DNA of 64,000 nucleotides from Octopus vulgaris (lineage: Eukaryota). Within the stretch, counting starts at the first letter, position 1. Each line of letters starts with the position of its first letter. The stretch spans positions 79,980,001-80,044,000 of the forward strand of contig OX597827.1 of NCBI GenBank assembly GCA_951406725.2. Direction: 5' to 3'. Below the pieces are notes generated by a model. It saw only the letters and a list, made by a program, of their open reading frames with translations. It was not told the DNA's origin and did no database searches. The translations under genes and the position numbers were made by a program. Of this stretch, positions 13,871-27,597 are shown piece by piece.

Positions 13871-15289
13871 TTATTAATTTACCAATGTTTTATAACTTTA
13901 AGCGTAAATTCACTGTTTTGTATGTAGCACTGATTCTTATATATATTATATAATTTTTATCTATTTATATTATTATATTTATATATGTCGAGTTTTGTAT
14001 CCGTTCTGTAGATATAAATGAATATATGTATGTATTTGATCTTTGTGTGTGGATCTTCGTAATGTTCCTTTAGTTCCTGCTCACATTGCCTCCCTTCAAA
14101 CTAACAAGTGGAATATTTGGAGCACTACAACTCCAGTCTGTTTTATATTTTCACTATTGTTATTACTAGCTAACTCAAGACATAACTGTGTATTTTGTAT
14201 TTTATATATATGTATATATATATTTCGCGTGTGTATCATTGGCGATTTTTTTCCCTCCGTCTTCCCTTCCTTGGATCTTTCCCTTTTCTGTGTTTCTGAT
14301 GAAGAGCTCCGCTCGAAATGTTATATCTTCCTTCTTTCTTTCCTTTCCTGAGCATCCAATAACACTATACTTGTTCCACGTCCTTGCGTTTTCATGTTTG
14401 GATTAACTATATATATATATTTAAAACTATATATATATGTATATATACAAATATATACATATATGTATACAAATATATATATATATACACACACATATAC
14501 ATATATATATATATATATATATATGCCTCCCTAATGCCTGAGAGACTTGCGTGGTGTGGAAGTGAGTTTCTTTAAAACTAAGCTGGATCTCTTCTTGTCG
14601 GGGGTCCCAGATGAACCTACCTCTTAGCAGGAGACACAGTTGCGGGCAACAGCATCGAACTCCCTTGTTGATCAAGTGCCACGTATCAGAGGTGGATTCA
14701 CATACTAGTGTAGCTCATTCAGCGGTGGTGCCCCAGCATGGCCGCAGCCTTTGGGCTGAAGCATTTTTAAGGATTTAAGGATATACATACACATACACAC
14801 ATGTATATATATACACACACACACATACATGTATATATATACACACACATACACATACATACATGTATATATATATATAAATTATATTATATTCCCTGTA
14901 AATTTGGATTTACTCCCTAATATTATATATATACATACACATGAGATATGCATTGTTGAAGTTTTGTAGTAAACTTACTCCAAGAACACACACTTAAATT
15001 TTATGTATCTTCCATGACAAGTGGATGTAAAGGGGCTCTGCCCCATGTTATAAACCCCATTAGGGGGGGGGGGCTTATATAATAATGTAAGATGGTGAAA
15101 TTCTGAAAATCATCTTTATTTAGGAGCTGGTAGTTGTTATTTTCATTGAAATCGGAGGTATTTGGACTTTCACAGAGGGTGTTCCCCCCCACTTTAAGCC
15201 CCCAAACGACAATGGAAAGTAAATTTTATCTATCTTCTATTCCCTTTCATACTATACAGACACACAGATGTTGAGCATTATTATATAAG

Positions 15290-15317
15290 ATATATATATA
15301 TATACATACACACACAC

Positions 15318-15360
<43 letters not shown>

Positions 15361-15558
15361 CATACATATACATACATATATATTCATATATACACACATA
15401 TACACATATACAGATACATATATATATAAATATACATACACATATATAAATATACATATATATAGTTATACATATATATATATTATATATATACATATAT
15501 ATGTATATGTGTGTATATATATATGTATACACATATATACACATATATACATATACAC
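15290..15558. repeat. Compound (TA)n/(CA)n microsatellite (one of many in the window)
   Basis: Directly visible low-complexity dinucleotide array. Confidence 0.9.
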
Positions 15559-16312
15559 ATCCCCATATTTTGGCGGCTCAGCAGAAGAGTCCAATAGAAT
15601 AAGTACCAGGCTTTACAAGAAGCAATAAGTCCTGGGGTCGATTCATTCGTCTAAAAATTGTTCAAGGCGGTGCTCCAGCATGGCCGCAGTTTAATGACTG
15701 GAACAATTAAAGACTAAAAGACACACACCCACACCCACACACGTGCGAGTGTTTGTAGTCCTGAGAATAGACTTGAGTTGCTGTATAGACATGTAATACA
15801 AATGCATCTATGTGCTGTACACTCACATGACCCCTGCATGTCGTGTAGGAGGTCATGTATACAGCGAGTGTATATACGCAGCCCCCTAAGCAATCCTGCT
15901 ACATAAAGTCGCAGAAAGGAGAAGAATGTTTAGCAACGAAAACACCATCTTTAAAGCAAATTCCACGGCAGTCACCGCCGCCGCCAACCCTGACCGACAA
16001 TATTTATGTAAACAAAAAGAAAGCCAAACATTTGTTACAGAAAGAAGAGTGTTTGTTTATTCTCTGTGACTTGTCGAGTTTATTTATTATGTTGTGAGTT
16101 AAGTGAATTAATAATCGTTGTCTGCCGTGTGTGACTGCTGAGTTGGTTGTGTGACACCAGCTTACGTAGATGTTTTATCAATGGCGATAGGTATTGTAAC
16201 ATTCGTCTCACAGCTCTTTTCTCTCTCTCTCTCCGCCTGCCTGCCAGCCATAGTCGTAGGAGACTCCATAAACACATATTCACACAGCTGTCAATTTGTG
16301 ACACACGGGGAC

Positions 16313-16490
16313 ACACACACACACACAGCCAGCAGTGTGGGACATAAACCCACACAGCCGTACAGAGACACAGACACACACACACACACAGCAGTGAGTC
16401 TGGGACATAAACCCACACAGCCAGCAGTCAGTGTGGGACATAAACCCACACAGCCGTATAGAGACACACACACACACACAGCCAGCAGTT
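16313..16490. repeat. Short minisatellite (three copies of tgggacataaacccacacagcc with CA spacers)
   Basis: Direct tandem copies visible. Confidence 0.8.
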
Positions 16491-17149
16491 TAGCCTGAGA
16501 TCCAGCCAAGCATTTACGACTGAACGGGAAATTGAAATCACCGAGCCACACCTCCAATTTAGTTTCGCTTTCATCCAATTGATTAGACTTTTTCTAGACT
16601 AACAGATGCTACGTCACTTTAAAAGACAAATCAAATTAAATATAAATTCAATAATACTTGACCTAATTTTCGTAAATTACTTTTATTTATTTTTATAAAA
16701 ACTTCTCCAAATATTCCTTCGGAAGCGCTCGTGTGTGTGTGTGTATGTGTAATATCGATTCTTTACACAGACATGGAACTTGCTCGTTTTCCAGATAAAT
16801 GAGAGGAAGAACTTGTTACAATTGTGCTGTACTTAAATGGTTCACTCTGTGCTCTCATCTTGCTAGAAATAACAGCCAAATCTCCATCAGTCATTCAAAA
16901 GAAATGACACATTGGAAAATATAGTGTCTTCTCTGCAAAGACAAGATGGCCATGGTTAGAATGCCTGATAAAATTTCCTTCATCAGGGCTAACCTGGAGC
17001 TGGACAACAACAAAGGGTATAAATAAAGAATAAAGTGAAACGAATTCTTAGTGTTTGCCTTTTTGGTGGATTCTTTGTTTTTAAAATGAAGATCAGAAGA
17101 TATTTATGAACTAAGTTTTCCTCGATAATGTACACCAATATCTTTTTAT

Positions 17150-17562
17150 GGCAATCTTTCGTCTCTAGTAGACCTTTCCGTCGATTTCCGTAAAAATTTT
17201 TTTTTTTTTTTTACATATGGGCTTGCGGGAACTTTTGAAGTAATATACATACATACACATACACCGAGTAAAAAATTTCAATTATATCTCTATTTAACAC
17301 ATTACTCTGTCTGTCTCTTCCCACACACTAACAGAAGCACTTCACTTACACAACATACTGTCTGTCTCCCACACCCCATCAAACACACACACATGTACAT
17401 CATGCACGGTAACTTCAAAAGAACTTCCCTCGTCATACAATCGCTTTCTCTTAGTCTCTTTCGCTCTCATTACTTCAAAAGTTCCCGCAAGCCCATATGT
17501 AAAAAAAAAAAAAAAATTTTACGGAAATCGACGGAAAGGTCTACTAGAGACGAAAGATTGCC
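17150..17562. mobile_element. MITE with about 95-bp near-perfect terminal inverted repeats
   Basis: Arms 17150-17244 and 17469-17562 are reverse complements; tttttat on both flanks is a candidate TSD. Confidence 0.85.
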
Positions 17563-19548
17563 TTTTTATTATATTTTGGGGCACATCCTTATCGTCCCCC
17601 ATTTGTCAGTTTGAGCTTTTGTTTTTCTTTAATTAAAAAACGTGATAAATTCTTCCGTTCGTCTGAGGGTTTAGATGTCTTTATTTGGGGCTTTTGCGTC
17701 ATCTTTTCCCAGAGCAACCGATTTCGGCGAATCAGTCGTTTTCTGCGGAAGTTGATACTTTTCTCGGGGAAATGTTTTTTCTTCTCTGTAAATGTTGAGT
17801 TGTAATGGTTTATGCCTTCGCCTTATTCTGCTCAAGCACAATGTCCACCTACTATTGACAATTGTCTCTACATTTACGAATGCTGTCCTACAAGTCTAAT
17901 ACGGGATGTAAAGAGGTACCGTTGGCCGCTGGGGGAGAGTTAACAGGCGAACTGCATCATTTAAACACTAAATTATAATAAAGAAGAGGAAAACGGGATG
18001 AGGGGAGGGGAGAAAAGATGGTTCCGAATGTGCTACTACCCCAGATACAAGTATTTAGTTAATGGCGGGTATCTATCATTGTATTTCTATTACTTTCAAC
18101 CTCTCGATTTTACGATGCTTCTGAGACAAATTAAAGAACAACACGCATCATTATATACACTGGCCCATGCTATCGTTGCACACCAGTCTCTCTCTCTCTC
18201 TCAAGTCAGACACAAAAGCTGTGCAAATCGTAGTTTAAGCCAAACACGTTGAAAGATATTAATTAGATTGTAATTAAAGACTTTATTCTCAATGAAATAA
18301 TTAATACATAAAACTCATGTTTCGTTCGGGGGGGGGGGGGGCAGCCCAACGTTTTAGCAGATTCCGGTTCGTATATTTGTCAGATATTATACATATATGA
18401 CTACATATGACACTCTCCTTACTTTCTTAGTGGTAAGGTTTTGATTTGAAAGAGATTTAGCTGCTGTTTCTAGCATCGAGATTGGCACAGATGACATCCA
18501 AAAATACAACCTTCTGGGGCCACTGAGAAGGCTTCCCACAATAGTTCCTATTCGATTTTTACTTTCTTCTATTAGACTCTCAGGGACCATGAAAAGCCTT
18601 CCAACAGTGACCGTCACGTCTTTATGCATATCTACATCGTCTATCGGTTTTTAAGATGGAAGAGTGCGATCTGCGGAAGACATGGACTGATCTAGGTTAT
18701 CTCCATCATCCCTGTTACTGTCAGATTGGAAATTGACCTCGTCTCGTAAATCCAAGACAATCCAGTCACAACCCCCACCACAAATATCTTCGACTACATG
18801 ACCTTTTAAGACAGTCGGGTTAAAAATGAGAGTACTTGGCTGCTATTTCTAGCATGTCGGACGTAGAAACTGGATGTTGACAGAACGGTATCAATGGCTG
18901 ATGTTTATATAGCAAAATAATAATAATAATAATAAATAATTAATGACTTGATATAATTAATTTCGCTTTTAAATCAGAAATTGGAGAGGAAGAATAATCT
19001 GTTGGGATAATCCAATGAGAAATAAACCACTTTAGGAAAGAAAATGGTAATAATAGAGGAGGGAGGGATTTTGTAAATAAATAAAACAGAAGCACACACA
19101 CACAGACACACACAGACACTCCCTTAATTACACAAAAAAACAACTAAAAAATAAAAAAAACTTGGCATTAGCGAGGTTGATTGTTGGATTGGAAATGAAA
19201 GAGACTATTATAATTGGTGACAAAATCGGAATGGCATCATCACGAGGGAATGGCAGACGGAAGGAAGGAAGGAAATAGCATCTTCATCTAAAATTTTTCT
19301 ACATCCTAGATTAATGCTTCTTCATTCTCTCACGCACTTTCTCTCCTGCCTACATTTTTACCGCTTTTTTCTTTTTCACATGCATTTTGCATCAGTTCTT
19401 CTTCATATATTTTGTGTCCGTTTGAGAGAACATCTGTGCGAATATATATATACACGTATGTATGTGTAACCGTTATTCCATATAAAATATATCGACATAT
19501 AAACAGCTCGACCGTCTTTTATATATAATCATAATGGGGGTGGCCGGT

Positions 19549-19591
<43 letters not shown>

Positions 19592-19905
19592 ATAATTGAG
19601 GGTAAAATTAATTAGTTATTAATCAATTTCACCAAGTAGTGTTCAGTATGTAAAAGGACCATTTAAGGCGTATTCAAAATATTACTTTATATAATTAAGG
19701 GCTTAGTAAAATAAATTACTTTGCCACATACTGAACTTTCTAGAAATAGCAGCCAAAAAGTTTTTTTAGCCATTTCCACTACTTTAAGAAAAATTCTCCC
19801 AGATAATGTTTACTCAAAAATAACTCCCGAAGATATGGAGGTAGAACAGTAAAATATCACAAATACAATATATATATAGACAGTGAAATCAGTAAATGTA
19901 TTTAC

Positions 19906-19957
<52 letters not shown>

Positions 19958-21459
19958 CACACATTTATCGCTCTTTCCCTCTCTCTATGTATACACATAT
20001 TTAGTTTATTAAATTGCCGTCGTAGAGTATAAATACGATATTGTTACACATTGTCAACAGAGGAAATGTCTATTTCTCCGTGTGCTTGCGTGTGTGTGGG
20101 TCGATAGATAGATAGATAGACACACAAATGCATAAAAGCACGTTGGGCAGAGAGTAGATGTGTACCTTAATGTATTTATTTGCATATACAAGCATTCATT
20201 AATTAATATGTGCATATATAAATAGCAACATCTGTTCTGTGTGTGTGTGTGTGCAAAGAGAGGAGGAGGAGGGGGGAGGTGATGGTGTTTCATTCATCTG
20301 ATGGAATTGGTAATGTGTTTGGAATGCAATAAAACGGAATTCCAGTTGCATGGAACTGCTGTCAGTCAGTCACGTGTGCAACATGCACGGTTGATGGAGT
20401 AATGGCGGCAACACGAGGAAGACAACATGGTCGCCCGATCGGCTAGAAATGGCAGCCAACTCTCTCTCTCCTCGAATTAAAACATCTGTGGTATTTTGAG
20501 ATAGGAGAAAGGAGGCGATAGACAATAAGACAGAAACACGCGAACCCGGGGGATAGAGATGAGGAGAGCGAAGAACGATAATGGTAGAAGCACTTGTGTG
20601 TGGTGGTGGTGGTGGGGGCGACGAAATGACCGATTCCTTTTCTTAAGGATTTGGTCATTTCATTCCCCGAGCATGGCATCTTGATCAAATATTTTAAAAA
20701 TAGTTTAAGGTTAAACCTAAGCCTTGTGGGTGAAACAGGTTAGATGAGAACTGTGAGGAGCTCCAGCCACGCCACACATTGCTGATTTGCCCCGAGAAGT
20801 AGGGCAAGGGTGCATGTGTCTATGGAATACCCAGCCACGTTCAGCTGATTGAGCTACTGAATGCTAATCATTTACATTAATGAAAGATCAATTATCAATG
20901 TAAAACAGATTGTGCCCTTCAAGGAAACAGATTGGCTAATTATCTTAGCTAATTAATTAACAGCTTGCATGTAAACAATAGTTCATAAATTACTGTGACT
21001 TGCAGCTTTATAACGTTTATAAAAATTACTATTCAATTACTGGTGACAAATTGACTAATTAGATGGTAATAGTATTTTTGTTTTGTTTCTAATTTTGTAA
21101 GTCAGGAGACCCTTTTCAGGGGTTTTAAAGACTAACGAGAGGAAGGAAGAAAAAAAAGGGAGGATGTATGGTATTTCCAGACCAGAAACCTTGCCTAAAT
21201 GTCTGGACTTCACCAAAGGTCACAAATGGCAGGGTGGTGGTGGTGGTGGTGGTGTTATTGTGGCCAACAAATACCACCTTCATAGAAATAACTGCTTGAA
21301 GGAAACTGGCTTATTAACATTGCCATGCTGAAGACTGGGTCTTAGGGTTTGTTTGTACCTCCAATCCAGTTAATTCTTCACAAAGCTTTCCCTAATTTCA
21401 ACTGAAGCTTGCACATGTCAGAGTACTCTCTACTCTCTTTTACTCTTTACTCTCTTTTA

Positions 21460-21860
21460 CTTGTTTCAGTCATTTGACTGCGGCCATGCTGGAGCACCGC
21501 CTTTAATCGAGCAACTCGACCCCGGAACTTATTCTTTTGTAAGCCCAGTACTTATTCTATCGGTCTCTTTTGCTGAACCGCTAGATAACGGGGACATAAA
21601 CACACCAGCACGGTTGTCAAGCAATGCTAGGGGACAAACACAGACACACAAACACACACACGCATATATATATATATGTATATATATATATTATACGACG
21701 GGCCTCTTTCAGTTTCCATCTACCAAATTCACTCACAAGGCTTTGGTCGGCCCAAGGCTATAGTAGAAGACACTTGCCCAAGGTGCCACGCAGTGGGACT
21801 GAACCCGGAACCATGTGGTTGGTAGACAAGCTACTTACCACACAGCCACTCCTGCGCCTA
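21460..21860 (-). mobile_element. Near full-length tRNA-derived SINE
   Basis: Minus-strand head has A-box/B-box-like motifs (TGGCTGTGTGG; GGTTCAGTCCC), a central microsatellite, tail GGCGGTGCTCCAGCATGGCCGCAGTCAAATGACTGAAACAAG and short tandem tail repeats. Older copies at about 1180-1550 and 15570-15720. Confidence 0.8.
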
Positions 21861-23468
21861 TGTCAAACTTAAGCAATTAGTAAACTGGTTTAGTTTAGAA
21901 ACAGTTAACACTAACAATGGAAGATAGACTCCACCCCCACAAACATTGTGTATTGTTTCTTATAGAAGCAATGGACGGCAGAAGTTGTTGAGCATCAGAC
22001 AGAGACTACTGTGGGGTTTAGCCTCTGTTTTGAGGCTGAATCCTAACAAAGTCAAATTTGTCTTCAATTTTCTAGGATAAACGAAATAAAGGAACAGTTA
22101 CCGATCTTTCCAGTATATTTCTGGCTTCTTCTATCCACTCAGATTCCCCATTTACCAAGAATTGGAAAAAAAAATGAGAAAGATACATTCAACCCTGTTC
22201 TAAATAATGGTCATTGCTGCTATGTTTTGGATCTGCTGAACTAATGCTGATCTGGGACTTGACAGAATTGCCCAGATAATAATGAGCCAACAAAAGAGCA
22301 TCTATGTAGTCACTTAATGTGCTTAAAATAACAGCTAAATCACCTTCAAGTCACACTCTACTGTCTTAAATAACGAAAAGGTACAGAAGATAATGTAGGC
22401 TTCCACTCTTGTAAAGGAACAGGATGGTCTTGGTTGGAATGGTTTTGAACCTAATTTCTGCCCAACCAGGACCAGCCTAGGGCTCGAAACTCATTCGTTG
22501 TTATTATTTGATAACAAATAATGAAATCAATAAAGTAAACCATAACATTAATCAGTGTTTAGTGTTAATGAACCCGGCCCTCACTCCATCCAACAGCAAT
22601 TAGTTTTTGAACAGTGACAATACCCCAACATCCAATCAATACACACAAACAGTTACTTGACTGGCTAGAAGAAGCAGGCAAATCTCCCTCAAATCAAACT
22701 CCACCATCTTACAAGAGAACACATTTGACAACATGATGCTGGGTTCTCTGAATACAAGAAAAAGATGAGATGGTTGCAGTTGGAATACCTTTGATCGAAG
22801 CGAAGGTCTGCTCAATCAGGTACTGACTTAGAGCAAAACAACAATAATAATAATAATAAAGACTAAATTGGTGAACTGGCAAAATCGCTGGAGCACCAGA
22901 TGGAATGATGCTGTGTAGGATCAATTCTGGTTCTTTGCACTTTGAGATCAAATGTCAGTGAAGTCAACTTTGATCTTAATCTTTTCAGTACCAGGGGTGG
23001 GGGGGTCAATTCTTCTCCCTCCCTTTTTTTTTGGAATGTACCAGTAATTCAAAGGTCCAGCATAGCCACAATGTGTCATTCTGATTCTGTCTGAGAATAG
23101 CTTTAAGGGTACATATGTCTGTGGAATATTCAGCCACTTCGACATTCACTTCATTTCATAAGAATTCAGGTGTTCAAAGAATTGGAAACTCAATTGTGAG
23201 CATGTGTTTGTATATGTATGCACCTCTGTCTCCTTGTGTGTGCATGTGTGTGTTATGCAACTATGTACCATGTTTGTATGCATGGATGTGCATCTTTATA
23301 TGTATGGATCCTGTCTCCATATGTGTCTGTTCTTGTACCTATGTACCTATCCGTCTGTTGATCTGTCTATTTTCATGTCTATATGCTTACATGCAGAAAA
23401 AGAAAAAAAGGTGCATACACACACACACATTTATCTACCTGACAGTCCCCTAACCATTCTACTCTACC

Positions 23469-23679
23469 TGTGTAAACTGTGGGTATGGAGGTATGGTATC
23501 TCCTATTTAGTATTGGGGAGGTTTCATTTATAAGGATGTACTCCTGTATTTGTCCAAGCACCCAAAAGACCCAACACTCAGACAAATACGGGAGTACGTC
23601 CTTATAAATGAAACCTCCCCAATACTAAATAGGAAATATACATAGGAGATACCATACCTCCTTACCCACAGTTTACACA
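23469..23679. repeat. Inverted repeat (about 85-bp arms, MITE-like)
   Basis: tgtgtaaactgtgggta...gtatttgtc pairs with gacaaatac...tacccacagtttacaca. Confidence 0.8.
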
Positions 23680-25320
23680 TTGGAAGACTAAGATTTGCCT
23701 ACTGGCTTCTATCACAGTTTGACTGAAAAAAAATGTGATGATGATGAAGCCAGCAGCTTACAGATTGTGTTTTAATGATCATCATGAAATCAACCAAATA
23801 TGCACTTATACCGATTTTGAAAGTAAGCTCCTCTTTTGTTCTTGTCACTGTTGTTATTGATGCCATGGTGTTAACATTCAGTTCCATATTAATTAATCAT
23901 CATATCATAATGATTACGCCGAGAAGTAATTTGACTTCTTACCTGACAATTTTAGTGTCTTCTGCCCCAGTTTTGTTTCTCTTGTAATAGGTAAGTCAAT
24001 GATTGATGTATTTCTGCCATTATGGCAAGTCCTGCTGTCAAATAAAAATTAGATCTGAAGTTAAATTCCAATAGTAACAAGAATTTTGAGGAATTCTGTA
24101 GCAATATTCTCCTGGATGTTAACTGAAACTACATCAATGCAAAACTTGAAGCATGACTGCGATTAAGAAGTTCTCTCTTCAGAAGCAGATGCTTTTCAAA
24201 TTCACACTTTTTGATATCTTGAACAAATGTCTTTCACTACAGTCTCAGGTCAACCAAAGTCTTGCAAGTGAAATCTGATGGAGAGAATTCGTGTGGAAGT
24301 CCATCAGAGGGATTGATAGTGTCCTTCAGTTTGCAGACTAAATCCATCTTCTACTCTAAAGGCACCACCTGAACCTGGGGTACATTTTGCAGAGGTCACT
24401 CTTTTGCAAGTATTTAGGTGATGCCTCCTGCCTGAGGGTAACTATCTCACCTCCTCCCACCACTCGTGTATACCCTGAAATGCAGGCTGTGGAATACAAC
24501 AACAAAGTAATGGTGGTGGTGTGATGGGCATCAATGGAAGCTCTGATGACCAGTTTCCTCCTTTGCAAATGACACCTGCAACATTTCTCTTCCCCTATTA
24601 CAATAACTGTATAATTATAATGGAGTGAATGAGGGAACCACAACTTGTTAGAAACAGCAGCTAAATTTACCTCAAATCATTGCACACTACCTTAAGAACA
24701 AGAAGACAACATTGAAATATTAAGATCCTAGATACACTATGCTGAACTAAAGATGGAATGAATACTACTGGACCGTGTCTGATTACAGGTTTGGTTCAGG
24801 GCTGAGCTGGGGTTAAATTACAAACTACAAAAACAAGACATATTACACAATTTGTGTGTGTATAGACACACAGCAATTGCAGGACTCCATGTAACAATTC
24901 AACACAGACCTATCAGATGCAAAATCTTATAAAATGATGTTTGGTACAATGATCTTACTTCATTTACACCAGAGGGAGACATAAAAGCACAGCAGGCTTT
25001 CTCCTGGCAACTCAGAAATTTTCTGTGAATTGTCCTAACAGTATTTTCTATCTTTTAAAATATTATTTATTTTTTTTTGTCTCAGAATCCCAGATTCTCC
25101 CAGCTTCTGTTGTTTGCATTATTTAAGAAGCCTCGCCTGGCACCAGTGCAGGTGGCACGTAAAAAGCACCCACTACACTCACGGAGTGGTTGGCATTAGG
25201 AAGGGCATCCAGCTGTAGAAACATTGCCAGATAAGACCGGAGCCTGGTGCAGCCTTCTGGCTTCCCAGATCCCTGGTCGAACCGTCCAACCCATGCTAGC
25301 ATGGAGAACGGACATTAAAC

Positions 25321-25360
<40 letters not shown>

Positions 25361-25448
25361 GGAGAAATATTCAACATGAAACAAGACCAAAACTGAGCAA
25401 AGATGTGAGAAAGAATCACAAAGTAAAACTAAAATGAAAACTACTTAC

Positions 25449-25882
25449 ATTGATTGTGTGTAAAATCCTTTGTTGTATAAACTGTGACTTGGTCCCAATG
25501 TTCTGTTGTTAATGGTTGTCTGTGTCACTGCTGCTATGGTGTGACAATGGCTTCATGTTGATGGAATAGTGTTGGTGGTGAGTCAGTGGGAACCAGCAGT
25601 TCCCTCTCAGTCTTCCTTTGTGGATGTGTGGTGTATAATGTGTGTATGTGTGCGCGTATAAGGATGTAACATAGAAGGGTGATGCTTACTCCAGCTTCAT
25701 TCAGATTAGATGCTGTGTTCCTCATCAGTGAGGAGAACACACAATATCAGCCATAATAAATCCATATTAGACCAACACATCTGATGCAAAGACACTGACA
25801 CAAAAATGCTCAGCAAAAATTAATCTCTACAATAAAAATAGAGCCCATGCTGTTACTATATTAATAAATTGCTAGCTAACGG
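25449..25882 (-). promoter_or_regulatory. Second orphan protocadherin-type promoter/exon 1
   Basis: Near-identical duplicate of 26724-27172; donor AAT|GTAAGT at 25449. Confidence 0.6.
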
Positions 25883-26278
25883 TTAAAAAGAGTGTAAGAC
25901 AAAAGGTGTCACGTGTGTCTGATCTAATTCTGCGATGGAATAAGAAATGAAGTGAAATAGAAACAAACTCCACAAGTCTTGGTACTTTAAACATTCATTT
26001 TTTTTTCTTTTATTTTCGTAAACCAAATTTTGTTGTCTTTTTTATAAATGAAATTTTTCAAAAACTGTCATCATTTGCTAATTGAATCTTTTCTAAAAAT
26101 GTCCATAAACAGTTTTCTTTGGTTTTTGTTTTAGATTGTTCAATATACGAAGGAAATATTCAACATAGAAACACTGATTATAATTATCACATAATCTGTT
26201 ATAACTGAACAAATACATATAAAAAAACACAGTAAAAATTTAAGCAAGGAGTTCTCAACATTTTAATATTGAAGATTA

Positions 26279-26400
26279 TCAGATTAAGTTTGCATCAAGT
26301 GTTGAAAGAAACTGTCTTTCTGGGATGGGGTTTGTGTGTTTTCTTGATAATGGAGTTTCACATTGTTAAATGGTGGAGTGGTAGTTTGAACTGGAACCTC
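26279..26400 (-). pseudogene. Frameshifted relic of a protocadherin terminal exon
   Basis: Acceptor tctctttcag followed by HYQE and, in another frame, PERQFLSTLDANLI*; compare QYQD...PERQLPSTPDVITN*. Confidence 0.6.
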
Positions 26401-26723
26401 CTGAAAGAGAAACAATATTCAAGCATTTAAAATAAGTTTAATACATTTTGAAACAGAGAAACTTCAACAGGAAAATAACTCTTCTAGTCTACACAATGTT
26501 TTCTACATTTCAAATTCAAGTGGAAATTCTTTGCAGGATTCTCACATGGTGGGGACAGGGTCAGATGGAAACTGTTGTACAATAAGGTAAAATTGGTGAA
26601 AGAGAGGTGATATGTATATGATGATGATTAGAAAAATTTCCATGAATTACTTGACCAGAACTGACCAAGGGGACAAACAACAACAACAGCAATAGGTAAG
26701 TAAAACTAAATGTTGATACTTAC

Positions 26724-27260
26724 AGCATGTAAAATCCTTTGTTATAAACTGTGACTTGGTCCCAATGTTCTGTTGTTAATGGTTGTCTGTGTCACTGCTG
26801 CTATGGTGTGACAATGGCTTCATGTTGATGGAATAGTGTTGGTGGTGAGTCAGTGGGAACCAGCAGTTCCCTCTCAAGTCTTCCTCTGTGGATGGGTGGT
26901 GTATAATGTGTGTATGTGTGTGTGTGTGTGAGTGTGTGTGTGCGTATAAAGATGTAACATAGAAGGGTGATGCTTACTCCAGCTTCATTCAGATTAGATG
27001 CTGTGTTCCTCATCAGTGAGGAGAACACACAATATCAGCCATAATAAATCCATATTAGACCAACACATCTGATGCAAAGACACTGACACAAAAATGCTCA
27101 GCAAAAATTAATCTCTACAATAAAAATAGAGCCCATGCTGTTACTATATTAATAAATTGCTAGCTAACGGTTCATACAGATCTCATATTAACAAAACATC
27201 ACTGATATTGGTAAATATATTACTAACAGATGATGTTAATATAGAACAATTCTGGTTAAG
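26724..27260 (-). promoter_or_regulatory. Orphan protocadherin-type promoter/exon 1 (no ectodomain exon follows)
   Basis: Homologous to the exon-1 block; donor GCT|GTAAGT at 26724. Confidence 0.6.
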
Positions 27261-27597
27261 ACATGTTCATTTTAGTATTTATTTTTCTAAACAATAATTT
27301 CTTGGATGTAATATTTTCATAACAATATTTTAAATATATTCTAAATTAATTCAAGGGATATTTGGGAAATATAAAGAAAATATTAGCTTATATATAACAT
27401 TATGCAAAATTGTGTGTGTGTGTGTATACATGTAGGCTGAAATATTGCTGACTTCACCCTTAGTGTCTATATATTGTATCATATGTTGGTGTATAAAATT
27501 GGCAAAGAGAGAAGTTATTTTTATATTAGTTTGTATGAGTGTGTAGGGAGCATCACGTCTGAAATATAGTTGTCAATATTTAGTAAATGACCAGTGG

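Noticed and set aside
14043-15544. YI/CV-repeat ORFs
   Set aside because: Translations of (TA)n/(CA)n microsatellites.
16313-16490. CRISPR-like repeat-spacer appearance
   Set aside because: Eukaryotic context, only three units, spacers are CA microsatellite, and no cas genes.
21780-21860. tRNA gene
   Set aside because: It is the tRNA-derived head of a SINE; no complete cloverleaf.
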